From NCBI RefSeq assembly GCF_009914755.1, contig NC_060927.1: a stretch of 64,000 nucleotides of DNA; one strand, given 5' to 3'. Shown piece after piece: positions 1 to 11,472 of this stretch. The DNA comes from the human T2T-CHM13v2.0 reference genome, Homo sapiens. Position 1 is the stretch's first letter. Every line of letters begins with the position of its first letter. The notes beneath the pieces were generated by a model that was not told the origin of the DNA, searched no databases, and saw nothing but the letters and a program-made list of their open reading frames with translations. The translations under genes and the position numbers were made by a program.

Positions 1-548
1 GGGGGTAAAGATTTTCACAAGTTCATCTCTGGGTAAAATACAACATCACTAAAAATAGATGAAAATGCAGGAAAAAAAGGATTACAGGGAACTCAGGGAC
101 AAATAAATGTACATTTGAACGTTTTACTCTTAGACAAAGGTGAGGAGTCCTTTCCTGGTTCCCCTTTGAAGAGAACACCCAGAGCCCTTCCGGGGTGGAG
201 CGCAAACCTGCCAAGCACCTGCTGCTTCTTGGTGAGTGAGTGGAGGTCCCGAAAAGGAGGAAATACCCAGTGTTTCCAAATTAAGTCCCTCAACAAATAG
301 TGCTGTTACCCAACAGTCCAGCCAAAAGCAAAGCAGAGGCAAAGACCAAAAGGAAAACCAAAGTCATTCTGTTCAACTTACTCAGATTTTTGCAGTTAGA
401 AATCTAGAAAGAAGCTATTTTTATTTCCACCTTTATATTTGGGATATTTTTAAAATACAATGCTATTTTGAAATATGTTTATATTGCAGGAGCATAATCT
501 TTCAGAGGTTGAACTTTGAAAGGTCCCATGTGTGACCTCACCTACAGT

Positions 549-641
549 ACAGTGACCAACCTGTCCTGGTTTTAGTACTAAAAGTCCCTTGTCCCAGAAA
601 ATTACTTAGTGTTGGGTAAACAGAAATGGTTGGTCACCCAA
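549..641. mobile_element. MER81-like hAT-Blackjack MITE
   Basis: Terminal inverted repeats GTGACCAACC...GGTTGGTCAC with internal TTTTAGTACTAAAAGTCCC, matching the recalled MER81 consensus. Confidence 0.7.
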
Positions 642-1080
642 TTAGAATACAAATTTGATTCTCAAGTCTTCTTTTTTAAAATATAAATCTCCTTAGGCAG
701 GTCAAAACAATTCACCAGTGGTAATTTAGGGTTCTGATAGCTTCTCACAAAATGCCCCACAAAATGGTCCTCACTTTAAGAATCCATGGGGATCTCCTAT
801 TAAAGGAATCACAAATGCAGACACTGATAGAGGCAAGATCTCAATAAGTGAAGAAAGCAATTTGCATAAAATCTTCCAGTCTACTCTTTACTTATACAAG
901 AAGATAGAATCTCATTCTTCCAGAAACCCACAGCCCATTTAGTCCATTACCTTCCCTCCTTTGATAGACATGGGATGGACAAATATCTCTCTGCCCAAGA
1001 AAAACTGCTCAAGTGTGATTTTTAAAAAAGGGCAATTCTCATTGGGACTCAATGGCAAGGACTATGACGACTATGGGTTT

Positions 1081-1230
1081 CCTTCCCTCCCTCCCTGCCT
1101 CCCTCCCTCCCTTCCTTCCTTCCTACCTTCCTTCCTTCCTTTTCTTCCTTCCTTCCTTCCTTTCTCTCTCTTTCTTTCTCGCTCTCTCTCTTTTTCTTTC
1201 CTTTTCCTTTCTCTCTCTCTTTTTTTTCTT
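1081..1230. repeat. CT-rich compound microsatellite (CCCT/TTCC/CT)n, expanded tail of the adjacent Alu
   Basis: Almost pure pyrimidine tract continuous with the Alu poly-T. Confidence 0.9.
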
Positions 1231-1518
1231 TTTTTGAGACACAGTGTCACTCTGTTACCCAGGCTGGAGTGCAGTGGTGCAATCCTGGCTTACTGCAGCC
1301 TTGACTTTGTGGGCTGTGGTGATCCTCCCACCTCAGCCTCCTGAGTAGCTGCGACTACAGGCCCATGCCACCATGCTGGATTAATTTTTTATATTTTTAG
1401 TAGAGATGGGGTTTTGTCATGTTGCCCAGGCTGCTCTCAAATCCTTGGGTTCAAGAGATCCACCTGCCTTGGCTTCCCAAAGTGCTGGGACTGCAGGCGT
1501 GAGCCACCGCACCCAGCC
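1220..1518 (-). mobile_element. AluJ
   Basis: Antisense Alu dimer; candidate TSD TATGG(G/T)TTTC at 1072-1081 and 1519-1528. Confidence 0.9.
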
Positions 1519-1524
1519 TATGGT

Positions 1525-1980
1525 TTTCTTAGTCTGGATTCCTCCAGAAGCCAACCCCAAACAAGGATTCAAGTGTAAGGTATTTATCTGAGAGGTCATC
1601 CCAGGAAACAATAGTAGGACAGTGCATAAATGAGACAAGAAAGATAAGGCCACCAAAAAAAAAAAAAAGTACTAGCCTATTAAGTCACCTATCACCATGG
1701 TGATACTCACCATGGTGGAAACTCTGGGAAAAGGTGTACAATATACACCCCTTAGTTTCACTGGATGAGCAAGGGAGCTGGAGTATCCATAGGCCAAACC
1801 CTGTTCATCACTGGAGGGAGTGGATGCTAATTCCCCTGCATTTCCAGCCCACCACTTCCACAGTCAGAGAAAGTCCTCAGACAAACCAATGCAGGTGCTG
1901 GCAGCGGGAAGTGAAGCTGGTATGCACGACCATGGCCAGGGCAAAGATGTAGGGTTGGCCACCAGCAACACCAGCAGCGT
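1525..1980. mobile_element. Old MaLR LTR (MLT1I/L-like)
   Basis: TCTTAGTCTGGATTCCTCCAGAAGC...CAAGGATTCAAGTG...TTTATCTGAGAGGTCATCCCAGGAA resembles the MLT1 terminus. Confidence 0.55.
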
Positions 1981-1999
1981 CTGCTATAGTAATCAACAC

Positions 2000-2240
2000 A
2001 GAACCCATGAGCCACCATAGCTCTGTGCTAGTCCGTTGCTGCCATGTGAGAATGCAGCCAGTGTTGCTAGAGCTTCTGAATTTTTAAAAGAAACCAAGGA
2101 TCCAGATTGTTTTGTGGAATTTCCTGATTCGTAATTGCTGTTGATTGATTCAAATATTTTAAAAACAGTCTAGGGAATAACCAAGCATGTCTATAGGCAG
2201 AATGTAGCCTATGGGCCATTAGTTTGCACCCACTACTCTA
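2000..2240 (+). mobile_element. MER102-like hAT-Charlie
   Basis: GCCATGTGAGAATGCAGCCAGTGTTGCTAGA...CCAGATT core also seen at 21.4 kb and 29.7 kb. Confidence 0.6.
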
Positions 2241-2559
2241 GTTTAACATCCTTATTTTATAGATAAGGAGACCAAGGCCCTAGAGGACAGCGACTTGACT
2301 CAGGGGATGCTGCAAATTACCACTTGTCTGGGATCTGCAACCAATTCCCTTAACTCCCAGGCCAGAGCTCTTCCTAACCCCACTGTGCTGCCCACACTGC
2401 CCACTCTCTCCTCTCCACACCCATCCTCAAAGGGCAGGAGCCTTATCCCTGCCCTCCACTGCACTCAGAGCAAAGGAAGTTTCCCTTCCTTCCATCAAAG
2501 CACTAAATATTTTGTCTCACTAGAAATGGATTCCTTACTATTCTTAATTTCACAGAAGT

Positions 2560-2790
2560 TAGATAGTGCTTATTGTGTCCTGGGCACCCTTCTAAGTACT
2601 TTACAAATAATTACTTTCATTCTCAAAGCAACCCTATGAACTAAGGATTATTATTTTCCCAGTCTTAAAGATGGACAACTGAAATGCAGAGAGGTTAAGA
2701 TACTTGCCTGAGTTGAAGTAGTAGTGGAATTAGGAGACAAATTTTGGCAGCTGTCTCCAGAGCCACTGATTGACAACCACTACTTGACAC
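2560..2790. mobile_element. MIR
   Basis: MIR core AGATGGACAACTGAAATGCAGAGAGGTTAAG; a second MIR lies at ~2250-2370. Confidence 0.7.
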
Positions 2791-2856
2791 TGACACTCAA
2801 TCACCTACCTATTTAGACTTTTAGAATACCCTGATTGGTCCTTTTTCCCATGATAA

Positions 2857-3520
2857 CAGGAATTGGCAAAGCACAGGCTCATGGGCCAACATCTATACCC
2901 TGCTTGGTTTGTAATAAAAAGTAAACCGGAATACAGCCACACCCATTAATTTATGTATTGTCTGCAGCCATTCTTGCCCTACAAAGACAGAATTGAGGAG
3001 GTGCAATACAGGCCATAGGGCCCACAAAGCCTATTTTATTGAGTGCTGTAGCTTTGATAAGGGTTGTTTGTCCCCACCAAATCTTATATTGAAATTTAAT
3101 CCCTGATGTTGGAGGTGGGTCCTGATGGATAGTGTTTGTGTCATGGGGATGGATCCCTCATGAATAGATTAAGGCCTTCACTCAAAGGTGAATGAGTTCT
3201 CACTCTATTGGTTTTCACAAGAGCTAGTTGTTAAAAAGAGTCTGGCATGCCCCAACCCTCACCTCTTCCCTCCTCTCTCATCATGTAATCTCTGCACACA
3301 CCAGTTCCCATTCCCTTCTACCATAAGTGGAAACAGCCTGTGGCTCTGACCAGATGCAGCCCAATCTTGGACTTTCCAGCCATCAGAATCATGAGTCAAA
3401 TAAAACCTCTTTTTTTTTTTTTAATAAATTACCCAGCCTCAGGTATACCTTTATAGCAACACAAAATGAACTAAGACGTTTAGTATCTGGCCCTCCACAG
3501 AAAAGGTCTGCCAACTTCTG
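2857..3520 (+). mobile_element. MER58A, interrupted by an MST LTR
   Basis: Left part ...GGAATACAGCCACACCCATT...GGCCCACAAAGCCT; right part TATCTGGCCCTCCACAGAAAAGGTCTGCCAACTTCTG resumes at ~3479. Confidence 0.75.
3044..3478 (+). mobile_element. MSTB-like MaLR solo LTR
   Basis: TTTGTCCCCACCAAATCT...TAAATTACCCAGCCTCAGGTAT...TTTATAGCAACACAAAATGAACTAAGAC. Confidence 0.85.
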
Positions 3521-6164
3521 CATTACAGAATTGCCACGCTTTCCTCTGACTGCAAGTTTCTTGATTATGCTGCTTAATCATAATGCAGAAAATCCTATAA
3601 TCCCTCCCAAAGCCTTAGCATACACAGTGATGAATTCACAGGTTAGACTTCTAGAAACGGCAACCGTGCAGATGTCTGGGAACCCAGAAATCAGCAAAAA
3701 TGCCTTCAGAACTCCACTTAACGAAAAACATACCAATAATTTCCACAAAATAGGCACAGACCTAATCTCGGGCCCTTACCTGGGCAAAGGCTTTTAAAGC
3801 AACCGGACAGACAGAAATACCCAAAGAGGGGCAGAGAGGAGAAATAGAAGAAGTATAACTGGCAACAGGCATCTTGCAGTTAGAGAGACATGGATGCAAA
3901 TCTCAACTCTACCACTTACTACTTATCCCTTAAACTTCAATTTTTACCTGTAAAGTAGGAGGAATAATAATGATCATTTCTTGGAGTGGGGTGGATGGTT
4001 TAGCCAAGATTATAATGTATATGAATTCTTAGCATCCTGCCTGGGATTTGCTAATGACTCAGAGGAGCTATATTATTAGTAATAATGGTAACTCTAAAAG
4101 AATATGGATCTGTGACTATTCACATACAGGCTCTCAATCCCACACAATTCAGCTGTCAATAACAGGATTACGGCACAGAACAAAAAGCAATCTTTATCAT
4201 GATAACCCCAAGTCAAGAAAAGATGTAGCCACATTTATATGTACCAAGCAAAAAAAAAGGAAAGAACCATGTGCCATGTTTTCATCAAAGAAAGTTTAAG
4301 CAAAGAATAATGTGTGCACAAAGAGGTAAGCTTCAATTACCTGGAAAAATCACTTAAGTGAAACAAATCACTTATTCCTTGACAACACTATGTAAATGAA
4401 ACTGTACATGGGGCGGAAAAAATGTTTGCATTGTAGGCTCTGCAAGATGACAAAGTTACATTTCCCACTCATCATTTAGTGAAAGCATCTATCGAATAGC
4501 ATGAACCTTTGCTGACAAACTGCCAATTTTTAAATACCCTTTATCAGCATCATTTTCATAGCTTTTCTCTGAGATCCAAAAAAGACCAAAGATCAGTTTC
4601 CAGTATGCTTTTCCAAGTGTAATCAAGCTCAGTGCTAGAAAGTACAATGAGAACCACTCATTATCTGAACTGTTTAAAGCAGCTGAATCATTGCAAAAAC
4701 AATTTCTTCTTCTTAATATGTTTGAATCAAACTTTTGACCTCTAGTAAACTGGATGCCCCATTCTTTCAGGCAGTAAAAGAGCAGCTAGACTGGGAACCT
4801 GGAGGTATATAAAACACTACACTACTTTTTTTCTCTTAAAAATACAAATTGAATTACTTTAACATAGTTGGAGCAAATGACCATGATATGTCCTCAATTT
4901 AAGTCTTACAGCCCAACTGGGATGGCGTTCTGTGTTCCCAGTCTAAGGGCACATGGTTTTCATTAGTTTGTCAGGATTCTGCATTTCAATTTGCACATTT
5001 AAATAAATGCAGTTAGTTCATTCGTGATGGCCCCACATACCCTTATCTTTTCTGATTTACTGAATAAGCCACACTCTCTTAATGTTTTGAGATTTGTCTA
5101 AATACTAAAAGGTTATTTGATATGACAAGTTACAACAAATACCACTTTTACTGCATGACAAATAATTATACTGAAACTTTCCACTGATACACTTCCACTG
5201 ATACACTGCTTAGGAAGCCTTTTAAGTGCATCTATCTGACATTTAAAAAAAAATTAAAGTGAGACTAGTGCAGCTGACACAGACAAAGTGCAGGGTGCAC
5301 ACTTCTGGTTGTTCATAGCATAAATGTTTAAAGGTGGAAGGATCTCAAGTGTCAATACCCATTTGACAAATCCAGAGAGCTAATAAGCAGGTTTCTGGTC
5401 AGTCTGCTGCCAAGGTAGGATCAGAACTTGGCCTTCCTGGTTGTTGATCCAGTGCCAATTTCAGCTCCCCTCTCTCCCCAGCCCCTCCTTTATCTGACAG
5501 AACTCGGGTTGAGTATTACACTTGGATGAAGCAGGGCCAAAGCTGGCCATGCAAGCTTTGTGCCTGTCCCGCATTCTGGTCACATATGAGCCTTCTGCTC
5601 TTTTGCAAAGACTGAATTGATGGGATGGGCTCAGTCAGGTGCAACAAGGGAAGCCCGACAACAATCCTCAGCCACATCCATTGTTGGGTCCCCCACTGAC
5701 ACTGTCGGCTGTTATAAGCACCAGCTAGAAGATGGATGCTGGTATTTCCAGAAAGACCTTTTGAATCAGGAGGGGCTGTGACGGGCCCCATGCTGTGGCA
5801 AGAGCATAATTATTTCCAATAACTGTCTGTCTAGGCTACTTAGTGATTTCCAAAGCCAAGCTCCTCCTCACTGTGACAACACATTCAGTGTTTATTTGAG
5901 GGGCAGTTTTACAATGCCAAAAATTCCACTCTGGTAATAGTTTAGTCAGCAAGGCAGAAAGGAATGACATTTTTTATAAATAATGATTAAGGACAACCTA
6001 TTTGATAACTTTGGATGCTTGTTCAGGATCTGTTGTAGGGGGCAATAGTCTCATTTGGAACAAGATGAACCATTAGAATCTTCTGTGAGGCAGGCTCTTG
6101 GGAGAGAAAGGCAAGCTCTCATGCTGTGACTGTCAAGGACAACAAAAAGCAGAGACTCTTGCAA

Positions 6165-6395
6165 CATGGTGGCAAAGAGCACAAACTCCATTCTGAGTTT
6201 GAATTGCAGGTGTGTCACTTACTAGCTGTGTGATTTTGGACAAGTCACTTGCCCACTCCAAGCCTCAGTTTCCACTTCTGCAGAATGTGGGTTATTGTGG
6301 GTCATTGTGGTGATGGAATGAAATGCTGCTTGGAAAGTACTTGGCAAATGCCTGGCACCTGGCACTTATAGGGGCTCAATAAAAGGTAGCCATTA
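6165..6395. mobile_element. MIR
   Basis: CACTTACTAGCTGTGTGA...CAAGTCACTT...GCCTCAGTTTCC. Confidence 0.75.
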
Positions 6396-6839
6396 TCATC
6401 AGACACCAGTTAGTGGGGCTTGTGCTTTGAAAAGGGAACTTATTCTGATCCAACATTCCATGCTGATTCTCTGCGTTAATCAGATTGTTGCTGAAATCTC
6501 CACTTTGGCCTTTTTTGAGTCTTTCCTGCAACTTCTGTCCTTCCTCCTACTTATCAAATGCTCTGGAACTCTCCACCTGCTGCTGCAAATCTTTCAGGCC
6601 CAAGCGCAGTACCATCCCATGCACCCCCTGCTACCATGCCACTGCAGCAACTCCAGACAGATCACCATACCTCTCATTGGTGTCTGGATAGGAGAGTTCA
6701 CCTTCCATGTTCATTCACATCCCATGTTCATTCACATCTCCTCTTCCTAACATGATTACGCATCTGGGAGACCGGGATTTGCCTTACATATCCTCCACAG
6801 CACTCAATACATGCCCAAGAATCTTCCAGGTTCCCTGAT

Positions 6840-6995
6840 CCCTTGCTACACAAAGTGAGGTCCACAGACCAGCACCGTTGGCATCACCTGGAGCTTGTTA
6901 GAAATGCAGTCTCAGGCCCCGTACCAGATCTACTGAATCAGAATCTGATCCCCAAGTGGTTTGTGTGCACCAAGTTCAGGAAATATCCCTCTAGT
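6840..6995. mobile_element. MER5A1-like hAT-Charlie
   Basis: GCATCACCTGGAGCTTGTTAGAAATGCAG...TACTGAATCAGAATCTG. Confidence 0.8.
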
Positions 6996-7579
6996 CCAGT
7001 ATTTCCCAGACTTCAGTCATTCACATCTTCCCTTCATAGGTTTTGCCATTTTCCAGTACAATCTACACTATGTTTTACCTAATACATATTTTTACACTGA
7101 CACTATTTCTTTCTCAGCCTCATCCTAAGCAATACTATTCAATCAGCAAGGGAGAAAGGAATATAATCTTTTACAAGACATGAAGGTCTAGGTGAATTTT
7201 TTTTCTGGTACACATTAAAATAAATAGTCAATAAGGTAAAATGTTTCTCTATCTATCATCTAAAATTAACTCATGTACCACCAGGGATACACCTACCCAC
7301 TTTAGTAAACACAGCTCTAGACTTTTTGTAGCTGGATTAGAAGACATCTAAGTCCAGTGCTCCTGAACTGTATCTGTGCCTACTCAGCATGGTTACCCTA
7401 TGGGGTGAATGCATTTGTCTTCAAGACAGAGATGGTTGTGGGAGGCTGAAAACCTGGGTTCTAGCCCTGCACCATCCCTTAATGACTTGTCATGTCACAG
7501 ACTCTCTTTGGGGCTCATTTTTATGGGTTAGCTCATCTCAAGGCTCCCTTCCAAGTCAAAAAATATGACATTATAATTA

Positions 7580-8090
7580 TGAGATCAAAGGCTTTGGAGT
7601 CAGAATGACCTGAAGTTAAAATTAAAGCTCCATTACTTGTTAATTTCATTAAATCTCAGTTTTCCTCATCTGTCAAATGGACAATAAGTGGACATAACAT
7701 CCATCTGAAAGGATTTGTAAGAAGAAAGAAAACAACTGAAAAATGCCTAGCTTAAAATGTGGCACATAGTTGGTGTTCAACAAATAATATGAATTATTAT
7801 TTTTTCCTAGCCTCCACAAAGCACAAATAATAATAGCTAGAATTTTTTTTAGTATTTACTCCACAGCAGTCACTACATGAAACACTTCTTTATATTTTGT
7901 CATTTAATCCTCCAAATAACCTGATGAGGTAGGAATTCTTATAATCCCCACTTTATAGATGAAGAAACTGAGGCACAAAAAAAGGTTAAGTCACTTGGTC
8001 AAAGCACACATTTAGTAAGCAGCAAAGATAGATCTGAGTGTAGATCCTCTGAAGCTACAACCAGTATTCACAACAATGACCTGTCCTGCC
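7580..8090. mobile_element. Two adjacent MIRs in opposite orientation
   Basis: CTCAGTTTTCCTCATCTGTCAAATGG, then TTTATAGATGAAGAAACTGAGGCAC. Confidence 0.7.
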
Positions 8091-8396
8091 TTCTTATAAA
8101 ATACTAGTCAACATGCAGACTTTGCCAACTCAACAAATATTATGTGATTTTGGCCAAGTGGCAACCTCACAACCAGTTTCCTTGGCTGTACAGTGAGGGG
8201 TGTTAGGAGTCCCCACCTCATAGGGTGCGGTGAGCATTGAATGAGGGCACCCTCATGGACATCACAGAGCAATTCCCAGCACAGGTGAATTGGTAACCAT
8301 GTGCTGCTATCGTTACCATTAGTTCTACTATTATTTGTTGAGCCTTTACATCTGCACAAGATTTTGTGTGTGTGGTGGGGGTGGCGGGCCAGGGCA

Positions 8397-9542
8397 GAAG
8401 AAACAAAAGTCTTTATTGATAAATAGCTTACAATGAAATAAATAAAGCAGTGGTTTGCTGAAGAATAAAAATCAGGGCAGTGGCTCGGTCTCTCCGCCCC
8501 TGCCTCCGGCCCTAGGATACAGCCCTCTGGCTAGATACGTCAGATGAGGAGACCGTAATGGGCAGTCCAGCCTTTCACGGGCACTTGGGGGTCTCTGTCT
8601 TCCTAGACAGGTGTGCAGGCACCACCTTGGACCCACTGCCCTTAGCAGGAGAAGCAGCCTTGGTGTTTGGCCCCTGGGCAGCTGCCCCTTTAGGAGCCTT
8701 GGTCTTGGCTACCACCTTCTGGTCGAGGAAGCAATGCCATTCTTGACCTTGCTGACAGTGGGTTTTGAACTCTTACTCCCAGCTTTCATTTTCCTGTGGT
8801 CCCCAGCATCTCCTTGGCTGCTCCTGCTGCCTCGGGCCTTTGCCTTCCTACTAAGCCCGCTGGCACTGGAAGGGACCTGCGTGGCCTTGTCTGGCTTAGG
8901 GGTGCCTTCCTAGCCTCACCGGGCTGTGGCCTGGTGTCCTTGCCCACACTGCCTTGCTTGCCGGCCTTCTCTGTGGCTGCACCTGGCTTGGGAGGAGCCT
9001 TCTGCACCTCTGCTGGCCTCTTCGCTGCCTTCTTCACCTTGCCCGCGTTAGGAGGATCCTCCTTGGCCTCACTTGGTTTCTTGGCGTCCTTCCCCTTGGC
9101 CTTTTCCGCTCTCCTGGGGACCATCAGGGGGCCATCTCCCTGGGCTGGATTTTCCTCTTGTGCTTGGGATCTAATTTGAAGCTGCCAGTGGCCCCCCTTG
9201 CTTCGGAGTTGAGGGGCCTGGCGAGGAGGCTGCGGCACATGCCAGTGGCCAGCGCCTGCTTCAGCAGATACCTGAAGCGGAGGACGTCCACCGTTGGGTA
9301 CTTGTGCAGGATGTAGAGCTTGACGGCCACCGCCAACGTGCCCTAGCGCTACTCCCCAGCCTGCAGCGCCTCTACCACCGTGCGGGGGGTGGGGAATAGG
9401 GGGGATGGTGAGAGGGCAGGAGGCGGCATGCCACCGGGAAGCTGCTGCAGCTCAGGCCTGGCTTTTCAGATTCAGGAGACCTGGATGATCCTGCTGTGGA
9501 AGTCGAGGAGAGTGAGATGTCACTGGTGACACTCCCAGGAGG
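8397..9542 (-). pseudogene. Processed pseudogene of oocyte-specific linker histone H1-8 (H1FOO/H1oo), spanning nearly the whole CDS plus the 3'UTR
   Basis: Minus-strand translation gives [87 protein letters not shown] and KAGLPI..SS..VSSQRA* (stop 8512-8514). No introns. In-frame TAG stops at 9343-9345 and 9349-9351; frameshifts near 9126, 8900 and 8720; AATAAA at 8412-8417. Confidence 0.95.
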
Positions 9543-9589
9543 GGAGGCATCAGTAGTTTTATCCTTCAGTTATGGTAAGGACTTCCTCA

Positions 9590-9900
9590 GTTTAATTTTT
9601 TTAATTTTTTATTTTTTGAGACAGAGTCTTGCTCTGTCGCTCAGGCTGGAGTGCAATGGCACTATCACGGCTCACTGCAGCCTCAACCTCCTGGGCTCAA
9701 GTGATTCTTCCACCTCAGCCTTCTGAGTACCTGGGATTACAGGAATGTGCCACCACACCCAGGTAATTTTAAAAATTTTAAGTAGGAATGAGGTCTTCCT
9801 AGGTTGCCTAGTCTGGTCTTGAACTCTTGGGCTCAAGGAATCCTCCTGCCCTGGCCTCCCAAAGTGTTGGGATTACAGGCATGAGCCACTGCACCCCACC
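9590..9900 (-). mobile_element. AluJ
   Basis: Antisense Alu with J-type CTCACTGCAGCCTCAACCTCCTGGGCTCAAG. Confidence 0.9.
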
Positions 9901-10689
9901 AGGAATTCTTTATCAGATAATTTAATCTATTAAATAGATGCCTAGTCACGGCCCCCTAAAATAGTAGCCTTTACACATGGGGTGGCCACATAATTTATCG
10001 TCCAAACTGAAGGCATAGACATTAACCAGGATTGACCCAGGGAAGCCAGCACGATCGCCCTGCTTCTAGGGCCCCTCTGCTGTGAGTGAACATTGTCCTC
10101 ACAGCTGTACACACTAGGCCCCCTTTCCCACTGGAAAACTGTACGTAAAGTGACAGAGGACAATTAAAAGCAGCACATCTCTAAGGAAAAAATAACACAG
10201 ACCCAAATAAAGACCTCAAGGCTGAAGAGCTGCAGAATAGAGCACTCATTTGCCCTAGGCTTTAAGGAGGTGTATTCTTCAAATACTTTGCTCTAAGACA
10301 CTACTTAAATAACTGTTTTCACTAGATTAGCATGGCAAATTGATTCAAATAAATGTCTTCCAAGATTTGCACATAAATGAAAACAGGATCACGATCACCC
10401 CCTTGTAAGAGGTTTTGGGACTGTTGTGGGTTTTTAATCAATATATCTGCCTTTTTCTTCTCAGTGTCATTGGAAAATAAAGTAACTACTATCAATTTGA
10501 CTTGTTCTGCATCTTGATCTCATAAGTCCTGATATTGACCACGCTAAAAGTGACAGCTAAGGTTTTCCTTATACACATGAAAAATCATATTGATAATCTA
10601 TTTGCCTGAATACAATTCAGCTCATTTTCCATTATTTGGGGCATCAAAAAGAAGAGAAATCAGCCTGTGTGCATTAGGCACTTGTACCC

Positions 10690-11150
10690 TGTGGTGAACA
10701 TTTATTCCAGACTTTCTTAGCCTTAATTTCCCCCTTTTCCTGCAACTGTATTCATGTGGCAGTCCAGCCCTTTGATGTCCTCTGTCTACATGGTCTGGGT
10801 AGGACTCCATTGCTGGGGCAAAGCCCTCAACCTCTGCAGAAGCCACTTAGCACAGATTTCCTCCAGCCGTGCCAACTGGGCAAATCATAGCTCATTTTGA
10901 AACTTTTTGTTCAACAACTGGGGAAGGGGAGTTCTTTGGTTGCTGGACTTGAACTTGAAACTGTGTAAACGAGCAAGTGCTATATGGTCGTCTTGTCACC
11001 CAAGAAGGACCCCAATACACAGAGGAAAGAAGAAAAAGGCAGACCTGAGGAATGAAAAGAAATCAGATCCTGAAGTCACTGTTTAGCCCTAAGCAAGACG
11101 CTCTTGAAGTCAGTCCTACCGAAGTACCTTTTAGTAACCTGAACCCATAT
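10690..11150. mobile_element. Highly diverged ERVL/MaLR LTR (LTR16/MLT1K-like)
   Basis: Degenerate LTR motifs (GCTGGACTTGAAC, GTCTTGTCACC, CTTGAAGTCAG). Confidence 0.35.
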
Positions 11151-11264
11151 GTAAGAAAAAAATATATATTGTATATATGCATATACATAATACCCTAATT
11201 CCACTTAAAATCGGGTTTGTAACTTATTAGCAAAATAGCACTAACAGACACATGCATCCTGTGG

Positions 11265-11472
11265 CAGTACTTTTCAAACTTTTTGATGGCTAAGAATCAC
11301 ATTTTATACTGCAACCCAGAATGCACATAGGAGTGACTCAAAGTCTCATGAAATTACAGAACTCTTATAACATATGATGATGCTGACACTTGCTGTCTTG
11401 TTATACCTAAAAAAAATTACTGGTAGTAACCCACTAAATGGATTTTATGACCTTCATATTGAAAAAACACTG
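11265..11472. mobile_element. MER112-like hAT-Charlie
   Basis: CAGTACTTTTCAAACT...AACCCACTAAATGGATTTTATGACC...GAAAAAACACTG. Confidence 0.55.

Noticed and set aside
961-1591. Alu-derived ORFs (also at 12.7, 13.3, 18.7, 31.4, 33.3, 38.2 and 60.8 kb)
   Set aside because: Typical Alu translation artefacts (LECSG, PASAS motifs)
5179-6738. Short perfect tandem duplications (14 bp at 5179-5206, 17 bp at 6705-6738); similar cases at 1691-1717 and ~55325-55385
   Set aside because: Ordinary slippage duplications with no further structure
8796-9316. Hydrophobic plus-strand ORFs
   Set aside because: Antisense shadows of the Lys/Ala-rich pseudogene
8786-9336. H1-like ORFs as a functional histone gene
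   Set aside because: In-frame stops and at least three frameshifts split the homology across frames
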